Part shown: piece by piece, positions 32,772 through 43,472 of the stretch | Layout: each line of letters begins with the position of its first letter | Position numbering within the stretch: position 1 is the stretch's first letter | Assembly (NCBI GenBank): GCA_963771465.1 | Contig: CAVYTU010000013.1 | Span: 320,001 to 384,000, forward strand | DNA length: 64,000 nucleotides | Source of the DNA: an uncultured delta proteobacterium | GTDB taxonomy: Bacteria; Desulfobacterota; Binatia; UBA9968 | Direction of reading: 5' to 3' | The notes under the pieces: generated by a model | The model's input: the letters and a program-made list of their open reading frames with translations, nothing else | Database searches by the model: none | Told to the model about the DNA's origin: nothing | Program-made: the position numbers and the translations under genes

Positions 32772-33719
32772 ATGGCGCGATTGCCCCTGTGCGTGATCTT
32801 GGCCGCATGGACATCGCTTAGCGCGATCAATGTTGGCGCGGAAACCGTTCACATCGGCATCTCCACGCCCGGGCTGTATGAAATCCCCACGGAAATCGCC
32901 CAGCGCAAAGGCTATTACCGCGAGGAAAATCTCGACGTGCGTAAAGTGGTGATCCGCACCAACCTGCAAGTTCCCGCGCTCATGGCCGGCGAGCTCGATT
33001 ACTCCACTGTCAGCGGCATCATCGCGCGCGCGTCGATCCAAGGTCTGCCGGTGAAAGGCGTGATGGGCTGGTTCGATCGGCCGCTGCATATTTTGATCGC
33101 CAAGCCTGGCTTCAAGCGCTTGAGCGATTTCAAGGGCAAAAGAATCGGCGTCAGCGGCTTGGGCTCGGCGCCGCATATCATCTTGCGCGAAGCGCTGGCG
33201 CAAGCCGGCATGCATCCGGATCGCGACGTGACCACGCTCGCGCTGGGTGGCTCCGGCGAACGTCTTGCCGCGCTCATCGCTGGCACGGTGGACGCCACGC
33301 CGCTCGACGTTGCTTACGTTGAGAAAGCGGAAAAACTCGGCCTGGTTCCGATCCTCTATTTCGGCGATGTCGTGCACACGCGGCTCGGCGGCTTCGGCGT
33401 CTCGCTGGACAAGATAAGAAAGAATCCGACGCAGATCACTCGCGTGATTAAAGCGACGTTGAAAGGCGTCAGATTTATTCGAGACAACAAACTGGAGACG
33501 CTGGCGATTATGCGCGACTACTTAAACGTCAGCGCCGACGGCGCGCAGAAGGTCTATGATTTCTCCATGCGCTCGCTCAATGCAGACGGCGGCGTGGCCA
33601 AAGCCACCATGGACAGCGAAATTCGTCTCGCCAAAGAGCAGCTAAAGATCACCGAAGAAATCCCCGAAGAAAAAATCATGGACTGGCGCTTTCTCAGAGA
33701 AGTGCTGGGGCAGAAATAA
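32772..33719 (+). CDS. NitT/TauT (NMT1-like) solute-binding protein
   Basis: Signal peptide, KGYYREENLDV, KGKRIGVSGLGS, RLAALIAGTVDA. Confidence 0.9.
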   Translation: MARLPLCVILAAWTSLSAINVGAETVHIGISTPGLYEIPTEIAQRKGYYREENLDVRKVVIRTNLQVPALMAGELDYSTVSGIIARASIQGLPVKGVMGWFDRPLHILIAKPGFKRLSDFKGKRIGVSGLGSAPHIILREALAQAGMHPDRDVTTLALGGSGERLAALIAGTVDATPLDVAYVEKAEKLGLVPILYFGDVVHTRLGGFGVSLDKIRKNPTQITRVIKATLKGVRFIRDNKLETLAIMRDYLNVSADGAQKVYDFSMRSLNADGGVAKATMDSEIRLAKEQLKITEEIPEEKIMDWRFLREVLGQK

Positions 33720-33820
33720 TTGCGTCACCAGCGCCGCTGCACATCGAATTTCGACACGAAGATCGCCATGGTTTTGATCCATTGTTGGCGAACTTCTGAG
33801 TTCATCCGTGTTGCCAAGTC

Positions 33821-35218
33821 CTACCTTGCAACCGGAGGATTTGCGCTTTGGTAGCGGAACTCTAGAATTGCGCCTGGATTGTCACCGTCATTGTCGGTCG
33901 CGACATAGAACGTTTTACCATCGGGGTGGATTGCCAGATCGCGGTAACGGTTCTTGGTGCGCCATAGTTCCGGCGCCTCACTAACGATCGAATTCCCGTC
34001 CGCGCTCAACTTGAGACGAAATACGCTTCCGCGTTTTAGGCTCGGTATGAGCAATGAGGTGACCCAATGTGGGATTGCAACCGAAGCGTTTGGATAGATC
34101 TCTATGCTCGACGGTGCAATTGAGGGGTAACAAGCGATACCTGAGCAATCCGGACGCTCAAACTTGAAGTCGTTATCTACGGTACCAAACGTCTTGATCG
34201 GTGGGACGAAATTGGAATCGACGAACGAACTTTCCTTCAGGCGCGGCACTGACGCGGGAGTGTTTACGGAATGATACGCGATAGATTTACAAGGAGTCGG
34301 TGTCGAAGCGGACCAGTTATCGTAGGTATAGGCTTTGTCATCTATGTAACCCGCCACTCTAGGCCAACCATAGTTTTTGCCAGCCTTTATAAGGTTGACC
34401 TCATCGTCCGTTTTGGCTCCATGTTCAGAGGAGTATAATTTTCCGCCGAGTCCGAACACGATTCCCTGAGCATTCCGATGGCCATAACTGTAAACGTGGC
34501 TTCGCACGCTGCCGATCGCGGGATTATCTGCCGGGATGCTTCCATCCAGATTCAATCGCAAGATCTTTCCTTGGTAGGAAGACCAATCCCGAGTGCTAAC
34601 TTCGGCAGGAGTGGGAAGACTCATAGCGCGATTGACGCTACATTTGTTCCAGGAATGGTTGGCGCCTTGATCACCGATGGTATAGAAAAGCTTCCCGTCG
34701 GGTCCGATTTTTAGTCGGCCAGCGTTGTGATCAGCGCTGGCCGGCAATCCACTGATGAGGTCTAGCGCATTGCCAAGACTTTGCGTTGCCGAGTCGTAGG
34801 TGTATCGCCGGATTTTTGCGCGTCGAGTCCCGGTAGCCTCGGCGCCTTCCAAGTAGGTATAGGCAACGTAAACATAATCCTCCCCCATGCGCCGTAGCAT
34901 ATTCGGGTGCAAGGTCATGCCGAGTAAACCCATCTGACTACCCCTCAAATACACTTCACTGATCATGATGGCGACGACCTTAGAACCGTTCGTCGGATTC
35001 ACCCGCAATACCTGTTTGCCATGCCGTTCCGTAACCCAGAGATGACTATCCGGCCCCCATACGATTTGCCATGGATAGTTGAGACCCGTCACCACGACAC
35101 GAGAAGAAAACACATCTTCCTGAGCAAAAACTGACCGAGAAAGCGTCAAGACAAACGAAAACAAGAATGCAATAACGATAACCTCAATTAAAGTTGCGCA
35201 GCGGCTCATTCCCGCCAT
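33821..35218 (-). CDS. PQQ-dependent glucose/sorbosone dehydrogenase (soluble GDH family)
   Basis: GLNYPW, HNAGRL, IGDQG, GKILRLNLDGSIP, YGHRNAQG, RYRD; signal peptide. Confidence 0.9.
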   Translation of the reverse strand: MAGMSRCATLIEVIVIAFLFSFVLTLSRSVFAQEDVFSSRVVVTGLNYPWQIVWGPDSHLWVTERHGKQVLRVNPTNGSKVVAIMISEVYLRGSQMGLLGMTLHPNMLRRMGEDYVYVAYTYLEGAEATGTRRAKIRRYTYDSATQSLGNALDLISGLPASADHNAGRLKIGPDGKLFYTIGDQGANHSWNKCSVNRAMSLPTPAEVSTRDWSSYQGKILRLNLDGSIPADNPAIGSVRSHVYSYGHRNAQGIVFGLGGKLYSSEHGAKTDDEVNLIKAGKNYGWPRVAGYIDDKAYTYDNWSASTPTPCKSIAYHSVNTPASVPRLKESSFVDSNFVPPIKTFGTVDNDFKFERPDCSGIACYPSIAPSSIEIYPNASVAIPHWVTSLLIPSLKRGSVFRLKLSADGNSIVSEAPELWRTKNRYRDLAIHPDGKTFYVATDNDGDNPGAILEFRYQSANPPVAR

Positions 35219-35475
35219 TAGTTACCTCCAACGATTTGTGCGAAAGTTACGGCAAACGCTACGCCGGCGTCAAGGTGAAGCGCGAATTCGCCGCAAAGCT
35301 TCTGCTGAGTCTTCGGCTGCGTAAAGGTTAAACTCCTACGTAGGAACTAGAGTTTGCGTCACGACCGTTGCTTCCTGGCTGCCGCTTGCTTGACAGAGGG
35401 TGAACTTTGCTTGTAGACCAATTTCATCAGAACGTTCCTGCTTATGAGCGGGACCCATAAAGGAGTAAACAGTTT

Positions 35476-36434
35476 ATGGCACAGATTGTCATTGGCATCG
35501 GCACATCGCATAGCCCGCAGTTGAGCATCCGGGCGAAGGACTGGGAACATCTTGCTGAAAAAGGATCAGACTGATCCGAGGCTGGATTATCCGGCTCTCG
35601 TCAAGCGCGCAAAGCCTGGGTTAGAGGCGGAGCTCACACCGGAGAAATTTCGCGAGCGCGACGAAGCTTGCCTGAAGGCGGTCAGTAACTTAGGCGAGGC
35701 GCTAAAAAAGGCCAATGCAGACGTGGTGGTGGTGTTCGGCGACGATCAGCAGGAACAGTTTCACGACGACAACATGCCGATGTTCGCGATCTATCACGGC
35801 AAGTCGCTGCCGGTGGTGAAAGATCACGGGCTTGCGGCCGTCCGGTTGGAAAGACGCCGAGCGGCAAGGCTGGGCCGAGACTCAACCCGAGTACGATACC
35901 GCGTCCGATCTGGCGAATCATTTGATTCGCGCTTTGACTGACGCTGAGTTCGATATTACGCGCTGCAATAAATTGCGCGCTGAGATCGGCGTCGGCCATG
36001 CGTTTAGCTTTCTCTACCGGCGCATTTTGCCGGGCGGAAAAATTCCGATGGTGCCGGTCATGGTCAACACCTATTATCCGCCGAACCAGCCAACGCCCAA
36101 ACGTTGCTATACTTTCGGCCAGGCGGTGCGTAAAGCGATCGAGGCGTGGAACAGCGATAAGCGCGTCGCGTTGGTGGCGTCGGGCGGATTGAGCCACGTC
36201 GTGATCGATGAAGAGATCGACGCGATGGTCATCGACGGCTTGAAGAACAAGAAGCCTGAGGTACTGTTTCAACTGCCGCGGGAAAGACTGTGGGGCGGCA
36301 CATCGGAGATTCTCAATTGGGTTGCGCTCGCCGGGGCGATGGAAGATCGCGAACTAAAATACTTGGAATACGTGACCACTTACCGTTCACCGGCGGCGAC
36401 CGGGTGCGGGATGGGGTTTGCGTATTGGATGTGA
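35476..36434 (+). CDS. Extradiol ring-cleavage dioxygenase class III (LigB-like), two +1 frameshifts near 35550 and 35830
   Basis: AGGAG RBS, MAQIVIGIGTSHSPQL, GDDQ.EQF, GHAF, ASGGLSH, GTSEILNW spread over three successive frames. Confidence 0.85.
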
Positions 36435-36500
36435 GTTGAAAGAGATTTAGCCGCAAAGAACGCAAAAAAGGAACTGGTTACAGAAAGAAGAAGAATTTGA

Positions 36501-37163
36501 ATGGGCCGTGAACCGATCATCGAACGACTGGCGAAACTCGACACCTGTGCGGTTTCGGATGCGCTGGACAGTTTGAATTTAAAGGGTGCGACCTGGGGCG
36601 TGCGGCCGCAGTGGCCGTGTCCAAAGATCGCCGGACGCGCGGTGACTATGAAGATCAAACCCGCCGGCTTGCAACAGCCGACGCAGCATCTCGGCACGGC
36701 GCCGATCGAAACTGCCGAGCCCGGCGATATCATCGTCATCGATAACGGCGGCAAGTTGGAGTTTTCCTGCTGGGGCGGCTTGTTGGCCTTGTCGGCTAAA
36801 CTAAAAGGCGTGAGCGGCGTCGTCATCGATGGCGCGTCGCGGGACATCGACGAAGCGCGCGATTTAGAATTTCCCGTTTACGCGCGCGGCGTGGTGCCCA
36901 TGACGGCGCGCGGCCGGGTGGTGCAGGAATCTTACAATCAGGAAATTCAATTCGCCGGCGTGCAGTGTCATCCCGGAGATTTGGTTTTGGCCGACGGCAG
37001 CGGCGTTATCATTATTGCCAAGGAAAAAGAAAACGAAGCGGTCGCCGCGGCGGAAGCGATTTACGCCAAAGAACAAGAGATGGCAGCGGGTATCCGCAAA
37101 GGTTATTCCGGCCTCGAGATGCTCGAGAAGCTCGGTTACGAGCAGATGCTCAATAGGAAATGA
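36501..37163 (+). CDS. RraA family protein (HMG/CHA aldolase-like)
   Basis: VSDALD, AGRAVT, WGGLL, IDGASRD, PGDLVLADGSGV. Confidence 0.9.
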   Translation: MGREPIIERLAKLDTCAVSDALDSLNLKGATWGVRPQWPCPKIAGRAVTMKIKPAGLQQPTQHLGTAPIETAEPGDIIVIDNGGKLEFSCWGGLLALSAKLKGVSGVVIDGASRDIDEARDLEFPVYARGVVPMTARGRVVQESYNQEIQFAGVQCHPGDLVLADGSGVIIIAKEKENEAVAAAEAIYAKEQEMAAGIRKGYSGLEMLEKLGYEQMLNRK

Positions 37164-37264
37164 GGCTACTGAGATTGGCGTGGCGGAGTAGCGGAGTGTT
37201 GAATTATTGTAAAGGCCGACGACGGCGTATCGACGGAAGTTTCTCACGCTGGTAAAAAGCCAAA

Positions 37265-38440
37265 ATGCTGACGCATGATGAAAATATATTTTTGACTCAA
37301 GTTGGACGGGGCACGCCGTGCGGCGAGCTCTTGCGGCGTTACTGGCATCCGGTCGCGGCGGCGGCTGAATTGACCGACGAAAAGCCGATTCGACGAGTGA
37401 AGATTCTTGGCGAAGAGTTGGTCGTTTATCGCGATAAGAAGGGCAACTACGGCTTGGTCGGCGAGCATTGTCCGCACCGTTTGGCTTCGCTCGCTTATGG
37501 GCGGGTGGACGAAGAGGGAATTCGGTGCCCCTATCACGGCTGGAAGTTCGATGGCACCGGCAGGTGTTTGGAGCAACCGGCCGAGCCCGCTGACAGTACG
37601 TTTAAAGATCGTATCAAACATGTCGCCTATCCCGCTGAATATCTCGGCGGGCTGATCTACGCCTATCTTGGACCGGCGCCGGCGCCGCTGTTACCACGCT
37701 GGGATGTTTTGGTGTGGGAACATGGCCGGCGCTGGATCGTCAAGGAGTCGGTGATCGATTGCAATTGGCTGCAGCCGATGGAAAATTCCGTCGATCCGTC
37801 GCATCTGTTCTGGCTCCACGGCGACACGGCCCATCTGGCGCCGCGCGTGAAGAAGTATGCCGAGAAGCACGAGTTCATTCGTTTCGAATACGGCATCAAA
37901 AAACGGCGCACGACCTTGCCGCTTTCATCAGGCGGCAAAGCGGAAGTTGACGAGCACCCGCTGCTGTTTCCCTCCGTGTTGCGCCACGTCGCGCCATTCG
38001 ATGACGGCAAGTCGGTGCGGCACAACTTGCAAATTCGCGTGCCGATCGACGATCACCACACGCAAGTGTTCCGTGCTAACTTTGTACCCTCGGAGACCGA
38101 GCGCTCGCCCGCCGATGCGCCGGTGCCGTTTCGATTCACACCGTTAAAGACCGCGCCGCGTGAATACCGGATGGACATGGTTTCGGCGCAGGATTCGATG
38201 GCGTGGGAAACTCAAGGTCATCTGACCGACCGTGCCACGGAGCATCTCGGTGTTGGCGATGAAGGCGTCATCGAGTTGCGCAAACTTTTGAAAGAGCAGA
38301 TCGAGCGGGTGCAGCAGGGACTGGAGCCGATCGGCATCATCCGCGATCCAGCAAAAAATCAACTCATCGATCTCGGTGTCATCAACGAACGGATTGGTCT
38401 TTACCGAAACCGCCCGCAACAGAATCGCATCGCTTCATAA
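37265..38440 (+). CDS. Rieske non-heme iron oxygenase alpha subunit (phthalate dioxygenase family)
   Basis: CPHR..CPYHGW Rieske motif, ENSVDPSHLFWLH, QDSMAWETQG. Confidence 0.93.
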   Translation: MLTHDENIFLTQVGRGTPCGELLRRYWHPVAAAAELTDEKPIRRVKILGEELVVYRDKKGNYGLVGEHCPHRLASLAYGRVDEEGIRCPYHGWKFDGTGRCLEQPAEPADSTFKDRIKHVAYPAEYLGGLIYAYLGPAPAPLLPRWDVLVWEHGRRWIVKESVIDCNWLQPMENSVDPSHLFWLHGDTAHLAPRVKKYAEKHEFIRFEYGIKKRRTTLPLSSGGKAEVDEHPLLFPSVLRHVAPFDDGKSVRHNLQIRVPIDDHHTQVFRANFVPSETERSPADAPVPFRFTPLKTAPREYRMDMVSAQDSMAWETQGHLTDRATEHLGVGDEGVIELRKLLKEQIERVQQGLEPIGIIRDPAKNQLIDLGVINERIGLYRNRPQQNRIAS

Positions 38441-38729
38441 ATTCCATTTTCTCTTCTCTCATCGGCTCTCGTGACAAACGGGAATCCATTCTCGGCAGCT
38501 CAATCGATTCTTAATCGAAGCTCCTGACGGTGCGGCCCTTTAGTTCCGCTTGTACTCCTTCACGCGCGCGCCGTTAGAATCGTTTAGGTATAAAAATTAC
38601 AGATATAATATAACCTATTGATTTTAAAAGCTTTTTTTCACATCAAGTCTTGCGTAAAGAAGGCTTAATCGACTATGATCACAGCCTATGTCGTTGCCCA
38701 TAGACACAGCGCGATTGTCCATTAACGGC

Positions 38730-38860
38730 ATGCATATCTGCACGCGATCAAGAACTCTCGCCGGCTTAATTTTTTTACTGGCAATTTCGCTCAGCTCCAG
38801 CGCGCTGACAGCGCGTTGAAAATCGTCGACGAGGCATTGACCAAAGCAGGCAAGAAGTAA
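38730..38860 (+). pseudogene. Remnant of an exported (solute-binding-like) gene: signal peptide abutting a C-terminal helix
   Basis: MHICTRSRTLAGLIFLLAISLSSSAL, then out-of-frame DSALKIVDEALTKAGKK*; junction repeat CAGCGCGCTG/CAGCGCGTTG. Confidence 0.5.
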
Positions 38861-38893
38861 CCATCGATTGCAATCAAGACGGAGGAGAGGGTC

Positions 38894-40060
38894 ATGTTAA
38901 CCAGAGAAGAAAATAATATTCTCACCCAAGTGGGGCCCGGAACGCCGGCCGGCGAACTGCTGCGCCGTTACTGGCTGCCAGTCGGTGTGGCGAACGAGCT
39001 GACTCCGGACAATCCGACACAGACGGTGCGGATTCTCGGCGAGACGTTGGTCTTGTTCCGCGACAAGAGCGGTAATATCGGTCTCATCAACGATCGCTGC
39101 CAGCACCGCGGCGCGTCGCTCACCTATGGCCGGGTCGAATCCCGCGGCATTGCTTGCCCGTATCATGGCTGGCTCTATGACACGAAGGGCAACTGTCTCG
39201 AAACCCCGGCCGAGCCTTGCGAGAGCAAATTCCATCTAACCGTTAAGCAGAAAGCCTATCCGGTGCAAAAGTTGGTTGGTTTGTATTGGGCTTATCTCGG
39301 CCCGCTGCCGGCGCCGTTGATCGCCAATTTCGATATTTGGTTTCGCAAGGACGGCCATCGAAAACTCTTTATTCAACCGCCGCTGGACTGCAACTGGTTC
39401 CAGCCCATGGAAAATTCCATGGACCCGGCGCATCTGCAGATTCTGCACCAAGACACGGCCAACCGCGGCCGGTCGATTCAAGATTCGACGCGGGGGTTGA
39501 CCGACGACGTCCACGAGTTCGATTTCTATGAAACGTCTTACGGTTTGATGAAGCGGCGCACTTATAAGAACGGCATGATCGATGAGCATCCCGTGATCTT
39601 CCCCAACATCCTACGTCAGGGCAATGTCGGTCAAATCCGCGTGCCGATAGACGACACCCATACAAAAGTCTTTTTCGTACGCTTCTTCCCATCCGCCAAC
39701 GGCGAGATCGTCGAATACGACGATCCACCGGTGGAATACATCAAGCCGTATAAGAATCCGCCTGACGCGCTGCATCCGTTTACGAAGTTTCGCATGGACG
39801 CCGTGCAGGCGCAGGATCACATGGCTTGGGAAACCCAGGGGCCGATCTGTGACCGTACTCAGGAACGTTTAACCAGCTCCGATCGCGGTGTTATCCTGCT
39901 GCGCGAAGTGATGTTCCGGGAGATGAAAAAAGTTCGGCAAGGCCAGGATCCCATGGGAGTGATTCGCGACCCGGCGAATAATCCTTTCATCGACACCCAT
40001 CTGATGGAATCCATCGCGCAAAGCAGCAACAATCGCGCGCCCCGCGTGGTCAACGAATAG
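38894..40060 (+). CDS. Rieske non-heme iron oxygenase alpha subunit (phthalate dioxygenase family)
   Basis: CQHR..CPYHGW, ENSMDPAHLQILH, QDHMAWETQG. Confidence 0.93.
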   Translation: MLTREENNILTQVGPGTPAGELLRRYWLPVGVANELTPDNPTQTVRILGETLVLFRDKSGNIGLINDRCQHRGASLTYGRVESRGIACPYHGWLYDTKGNCLETPAEPCESKFHLTVKQKAYPVQKLVGLYWAYLGPLPAPLIANFDIWFRKDGHRKLFIQPPLDCNWFQPMENSMDPAHLQILHQDTANRGRSIQDSTRGLTDDVHEFDFYETSYGLMKRRTYKNGMIDEHPVIFPNILRQGNVGQIRVPIDDTHTKVFFVRFFPSANGEIVEYDDPPVEYIKPYKNPPDALHPFTKFRMDAVQAQDHMAWETQGPICDRTQERLTSSDRGVILLREVMFREMKKVRQGQDPMGVIRDPANNPFIDTHLMESIAQSSNNRAPRVVNE

Positions 40061-40075
40061 CGGACCGGCCCGCCA

Positions 40076-40112
40076 CCGCGCTCCTCTGGTGCTTCCGGAG
40101 GAGCGCGGCTTT
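40076..40112 (+). terminator. GC-rich hairpin after the second Rieske gene
   Basis: CCGCGCTCCTCTGG-TGCTT-CCGGAGGAGCGCGG followed by only a short T run. Confidence 0.5.
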
Positions 40113-40291
40113 GCTCCGCGAAGTTCCGTGTTTTCGGTTTACCCAATCAATAACTTGAAAATTGCATAATTCAGTTCGCGCTTAGTGCGCGAGCCGTCAT
40201 CTTCGCTTGCCTTAACCCCACGGCGAGATTATGATCCACTCGCTTTGGCGTTCGCTCACGGCAAATCTAAAATTAGTCGAGGAATAAGTTT

Positions 40292-41023
40292 ATGGCCGAT
40301 CTAAGTAAACTGCGCGAACTCGTCGCACAATCTTGCCGCATCCTCGGCAAGCTCAATTTGACCAAGGAGCCGAGCGGCCACGTGAGCGCGCGGGTGCCGG
40401 GCGAAGATCGCGTGTTGATCAAAGCGCGCGGACCGGAGGAGACCGGCTTACGTTTCGTGTCGGCGCGCGACATTATCACGGTTGATTTCAACGGCAAGAA
40501 AATCGCCGGCGACGACGGCCTCGACGTGCCGCAGGAAGTGTTCATTCACACCTGGTTGTATAAAACTCGTCCCGACGTGGAGTGTGTGGTGCATGTGCAT
40601 CCACTGACAGTGGTGTTGTTCACGATCTGCAACAAGCCGATTCAACCTTTGTACGGGGCCTACGATCCGTCGGGTTTGCGCTTGCTGGTTGAAGGTCTGG
40701 CAACCTATCCGCGCAGCATTACGGTGTCGAACGAAGCGCTCGGCGAAGAGTTTGCCACGGCGATGGGCGACAAGCAGGCGTGTCTGATGCGCGGCCACGG
40801 CATAACCAGCGCCGGGCCGAATGTCGAAGACGCGACCTTGACGGCGATCAAGTTAAACGATGCCGCGGTGATCAACTATCAAGCCAGTCTACTCGGCACG
40901 CCGGAGCCCATTTCGCAGGAGGACATCGATATTCTCGTCGGCAAGTCGCGCACTGCCGGCAACAAATCGGTGCACGCCGGCTCCAATTGGCGCTACTACC
41001 GTAAACTGCTCGATGAGGAATAA
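40292..41023 (+). CDS. Class II aldolase/adducin family protein
   Basis: GHVSAR, EVFIH..Y..RPDV..VVHVHP, LMRGHG. Confidence 0.92.
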   Translation: MADLSKLRELVAQSCRILGKLNLTKEPSGHVSARVPGEDRVLIKARGPEETGLRFVSARDIITVDFNGKKIAGDDGLDVPQEVFIHTWLYKTRPDVECVVHVHPLTVVLFTICNKPIQPLYGAYDPSGLRLLVEGLATYPRSITVSNEALGEEFATAMGDKQACLMRGHGITSAGPNVEDATLTAIKLNDAAVINYQASLLGTPEPISQEDIDILVGKSRTAGNKSVHAGSNWRYYRKLLDEE

Positions 41024-41031
41024 GCGAGTGC

Positions 41032-41075
41032 GTTCAAACGGTTCCAATCGTTCAAGGCGTTCAAATCGGTTCGGA
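41032..41075 (+). repeat. GTTCAA-type roughly 9-mer tandem repeat
   Basis: GTTCAAACG GTTCCAATC GTTCAAGGC GTTCAAATCG GTTCGGA. Confidence 0.7.
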
Positions 41076-41199
41076 ATTTAAGAGCTAAGTCGTTGGCGCG
41101 ATGTCGAATCAATGCTGACCCAGACTGCTTTGCCTCGTTATGCACACGAGTCGAGGCAAATCCAGTATTCCATCGGCGACAGAAGAGGAGAAGGGGACG

Positions 41200-42303
41200 A
41201 TGACAAATAGTTTCGTCCTGATAAGCGGCGCCTTTCTATTGCCGTTATTTTTGTCGATTACTTCCGGTTTGGCGCAGGACAAGGGTTGGGAACAAAAGTG
41301 GGATCAATTGCTATCGGCGGCGAAAAAAGAAGGCAAAGTGGTTTTCGCGGCGGCGCCGGATCCGCTCATGCGAAAACATATTCCGGAAAAATTTACGTCC
41401 AGGTTCGGTATCCAAGTCGAATATTTGGCCGGCCGTAGCAGCGACCTGGCGGCCCGCCTGCGCGTGGAGCGGCAAGCAGGAATTTACACGGTGGATGCCG
41501 TGACCGCGGGTATCCAAACCATGGCGACCTCACTTTATGCGGAAAAGATGCTCGATCCGCTGAAGCCGCTGCTGATTTTACCCGAGGTGGTGGACGGTTC
41601 TAAATGGAAGAGAGGACAGCCGTGGTTCATCGATCCGGAAGCACAGTACATCTTGCGTCTGTTCAACACGGCAAGTTCGCTCTTCTACCTGAACACCCGC
41701 TTTGTCCAGCCGGCCGAAATGAAGTCCATCAAAGATCTGTTAAAGCCAAAATGGCAAGGCAAGATTTCCGTGTTCGACCCCACCGATGCCGGCACCGGCA
41801 GCAATACGGCGGCGGCGCTTTACGTCCAGTTTGGCGAGCCCTTTTTGAAAGCGCTCTTTGTCGACCAAAAGCCGGTCTTTAGCCGCGACAAGCGCCAAAT
41901 GGAGGACTGGCTCGCCAGAGGCACTTACCCGATTTCATTCGGCGCACGCGGAGAAGAGGTGGACCGCCTGCAGAAGGACGGCTTCCCGATCATCAAGGCG
42001 GCTCCGGCAGACGCGAGGGACATGGTTACCGCCGCATCGGGTTTGCTCGCGATCATGAATCGCGCGCCCCATCCCAACGCCGCGCGCGTGTTTCTCAATT
42101 GGTTGGCTTCCAAAGAAGGCGCCGAAGTTTTTTCCCGGGCCCAATTGCACGCGACCACTCGATCCGACGTGGATGAAACCTTCTTGCCGTCCGAAATTGT
42201 GCCTCGCCGAGGGGTAGAATACTTCGACAGCTACGAGTGGGAATTTACCCTTTCGACGAAAGAGAAAGTGCGAAATATTCTGGCCAAGCTATTGAAGAAA
42301 TAG
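41200..42303 (+). CDS. ABC transporter solute-binding protein
   Basis: Signal peptide, AAKKEGKVV, APHPNAARVFLNWL; paralog of 45258-46340. Confidence 0.9.
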   Translation: MTNSFVLISGAFLLPLFLSITSGLAQDKGWEQKWDQLLSAAKKEGKVVFAAAPDPLMRKHIPEKFTSRFGIQVEYLAGRSSDLAARLRVERQAGIYTVDAVTAGIQTMATSLYAEKMLDPLKPLLILPEVVDGSKWKRGQPWFIDPEAQYILRLFNTASSLFYLNTRFVQPAEMKSIKDLLKPKWQGKISVFDPTDAGTGSNTAAALYVQFGEPFLKALFVDQKPVFSRDKRQMEDWLARGTYPISFGARGEEVDRLQKDGFPIIKAAPADARDMVTAASGLLAIMNRAPHPNAARVFLNWLASKEGAEVFSRAQLHATTRSDVDETFLPSEIVPRRGVEYFDSYEWEFTLSTKEKVRNILAKLLKK

Positions 42304-42374
42304 GGATGGAACCGTTCGATCAAAACGAAAACTGTGTTCGCCGGAACCAAGTATCAAGTTAGGAATTTCTTCTT

Positions 42375-43466
42375 ATGGCGCAAGTGGTTCTTGAGTTTCG
42401 CGCGGTGGTCAAGCGTTTTCAGTCCGTCAACGCCGTCGACGGTGTAAGCTTCTCGCTGCGAGCGGGTGAAATTTTCACCCTACTCGGACCGTCCGGCTGC
42501 GGCAAGACGACTACGCTTAGATTAGTCGCCGGATTGGAAGAACCCGACGATGGCGAGATCTTAATCAACAACGTCGCCGTCGCGGCACCTGGGCTGGGAC
42601 TATTTGTGGCGCCGGAAAAACGCCGGCTTGGCATGGTGTTTCAATCCTACGCGATCTGGCCGCATCTTTCGGTTTTTGAAAACGTCGCTTTCCCGCTGCG
42701 TGTGCGCAAAGAATCGAATGAAAGCGTCCGCCAGCGCGTGCTTCAGGCACTCGAAGTAGTCGGCCTCGGCGGTTTCGCCGAACGCGGCGCGACTCAGTTG
42801 TCCGGCGGCCAGCAGCAGCGCGTCGCGTTGGCGCGCGCGCTGGTGTACGAGCCGGCGATCCTGCTGCTCGACGAGCCGCTATCCAATCTCGATGCCAAAC
42901 TGCGCGAGCAGATGAGAGTCGAGATTCGCGCGCTGCAAAAAAAACTTGGACTTACGGTTCTCTATGTGACCCACGATCAAGCTGAGGCCATGACCTTGTC
43001 GGACCGCATCGCGGTGGTGAACCGCGGCCGCTTCGAACAGATCGGCGCGCCCGAAGAAGTCTATGAAAAGCCTGCCACGCCGTTTGTCGCGGAGTTCTTG
43101 GGACGCACGGTGAGCTTCGAGGGAAAAATCGCCAAGAACGCCGACGGCTGCTGGATCGAGTTCGCCGACGGCGCCGGCCGTTGCGCGCTTGCCGGCGCAA
43201 CGAGTGATGCTTTGACCGACGGCGCTATGGCGAGAGTCTTTACCAGGCCGGAGGATGTGGAAATTTTTACCAGCGACGGGCACGCAGCGAATCAGCTCGC
43301 CGGCATCATCGAGCAAGTCGCCTATCTTGGCGATCGTTTCGAGTATCATGTCAAAGCCGCGGGAGTTTCTTTAGTCTTGCTGGCGCCGAAGAAACAGCGC
43401 TTCAATACCGGTGACGTAATTCATCTCGCCCTGGATTCCGCTCGTCTCAACGTTCGCCCGATCTAG
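42375..43466 (+). CDS. ABC transporter ATP-binding protein (PotA/FbpC-like)
   Basis: GPSGCGKT, LSGGQQQR, LLLDEP, YVTHDQ, TOBE-like tail. Confidence 0.96.
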   Translation: MAQVVLEFRAVVKRFQSVNAVDGVSFSLRAGEIFTLLGPSGCGKTTTLRLVAGLEEPDDGEILINNVAVAAPGLGLFVAPEKRRLGMVFQSYAIWPHLSVFENVAFPLRVRKESNESVRQRVLQALEVVGLGGFAERGATQLSGGQQQRVALARALVYEPAILLLDEPLSNLDAKLREQMRVEIRALQKKLGLTVLYVTHDQAEAMTLSDRIAVVNRGRFEQIGAPEEVYEKPATPFVAEFLGRTVSFEGKIAKNADGCWIEFADGAGRCALAGATSDALTDGAMARVFTRPEDVEIFTSDGHAANQLAGIIEQVAYLGDRFEYHVKAAGVSLVLLAPKKQRFNTGDVIHLALDSARLNVRPI

Positions 43467-43472
43467 CTTTGT

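Noticed and set aside
41032-41075. CRISPR-like array
   Set aside because: Units are about 9 bp with no spacers, and no cas genes are present.
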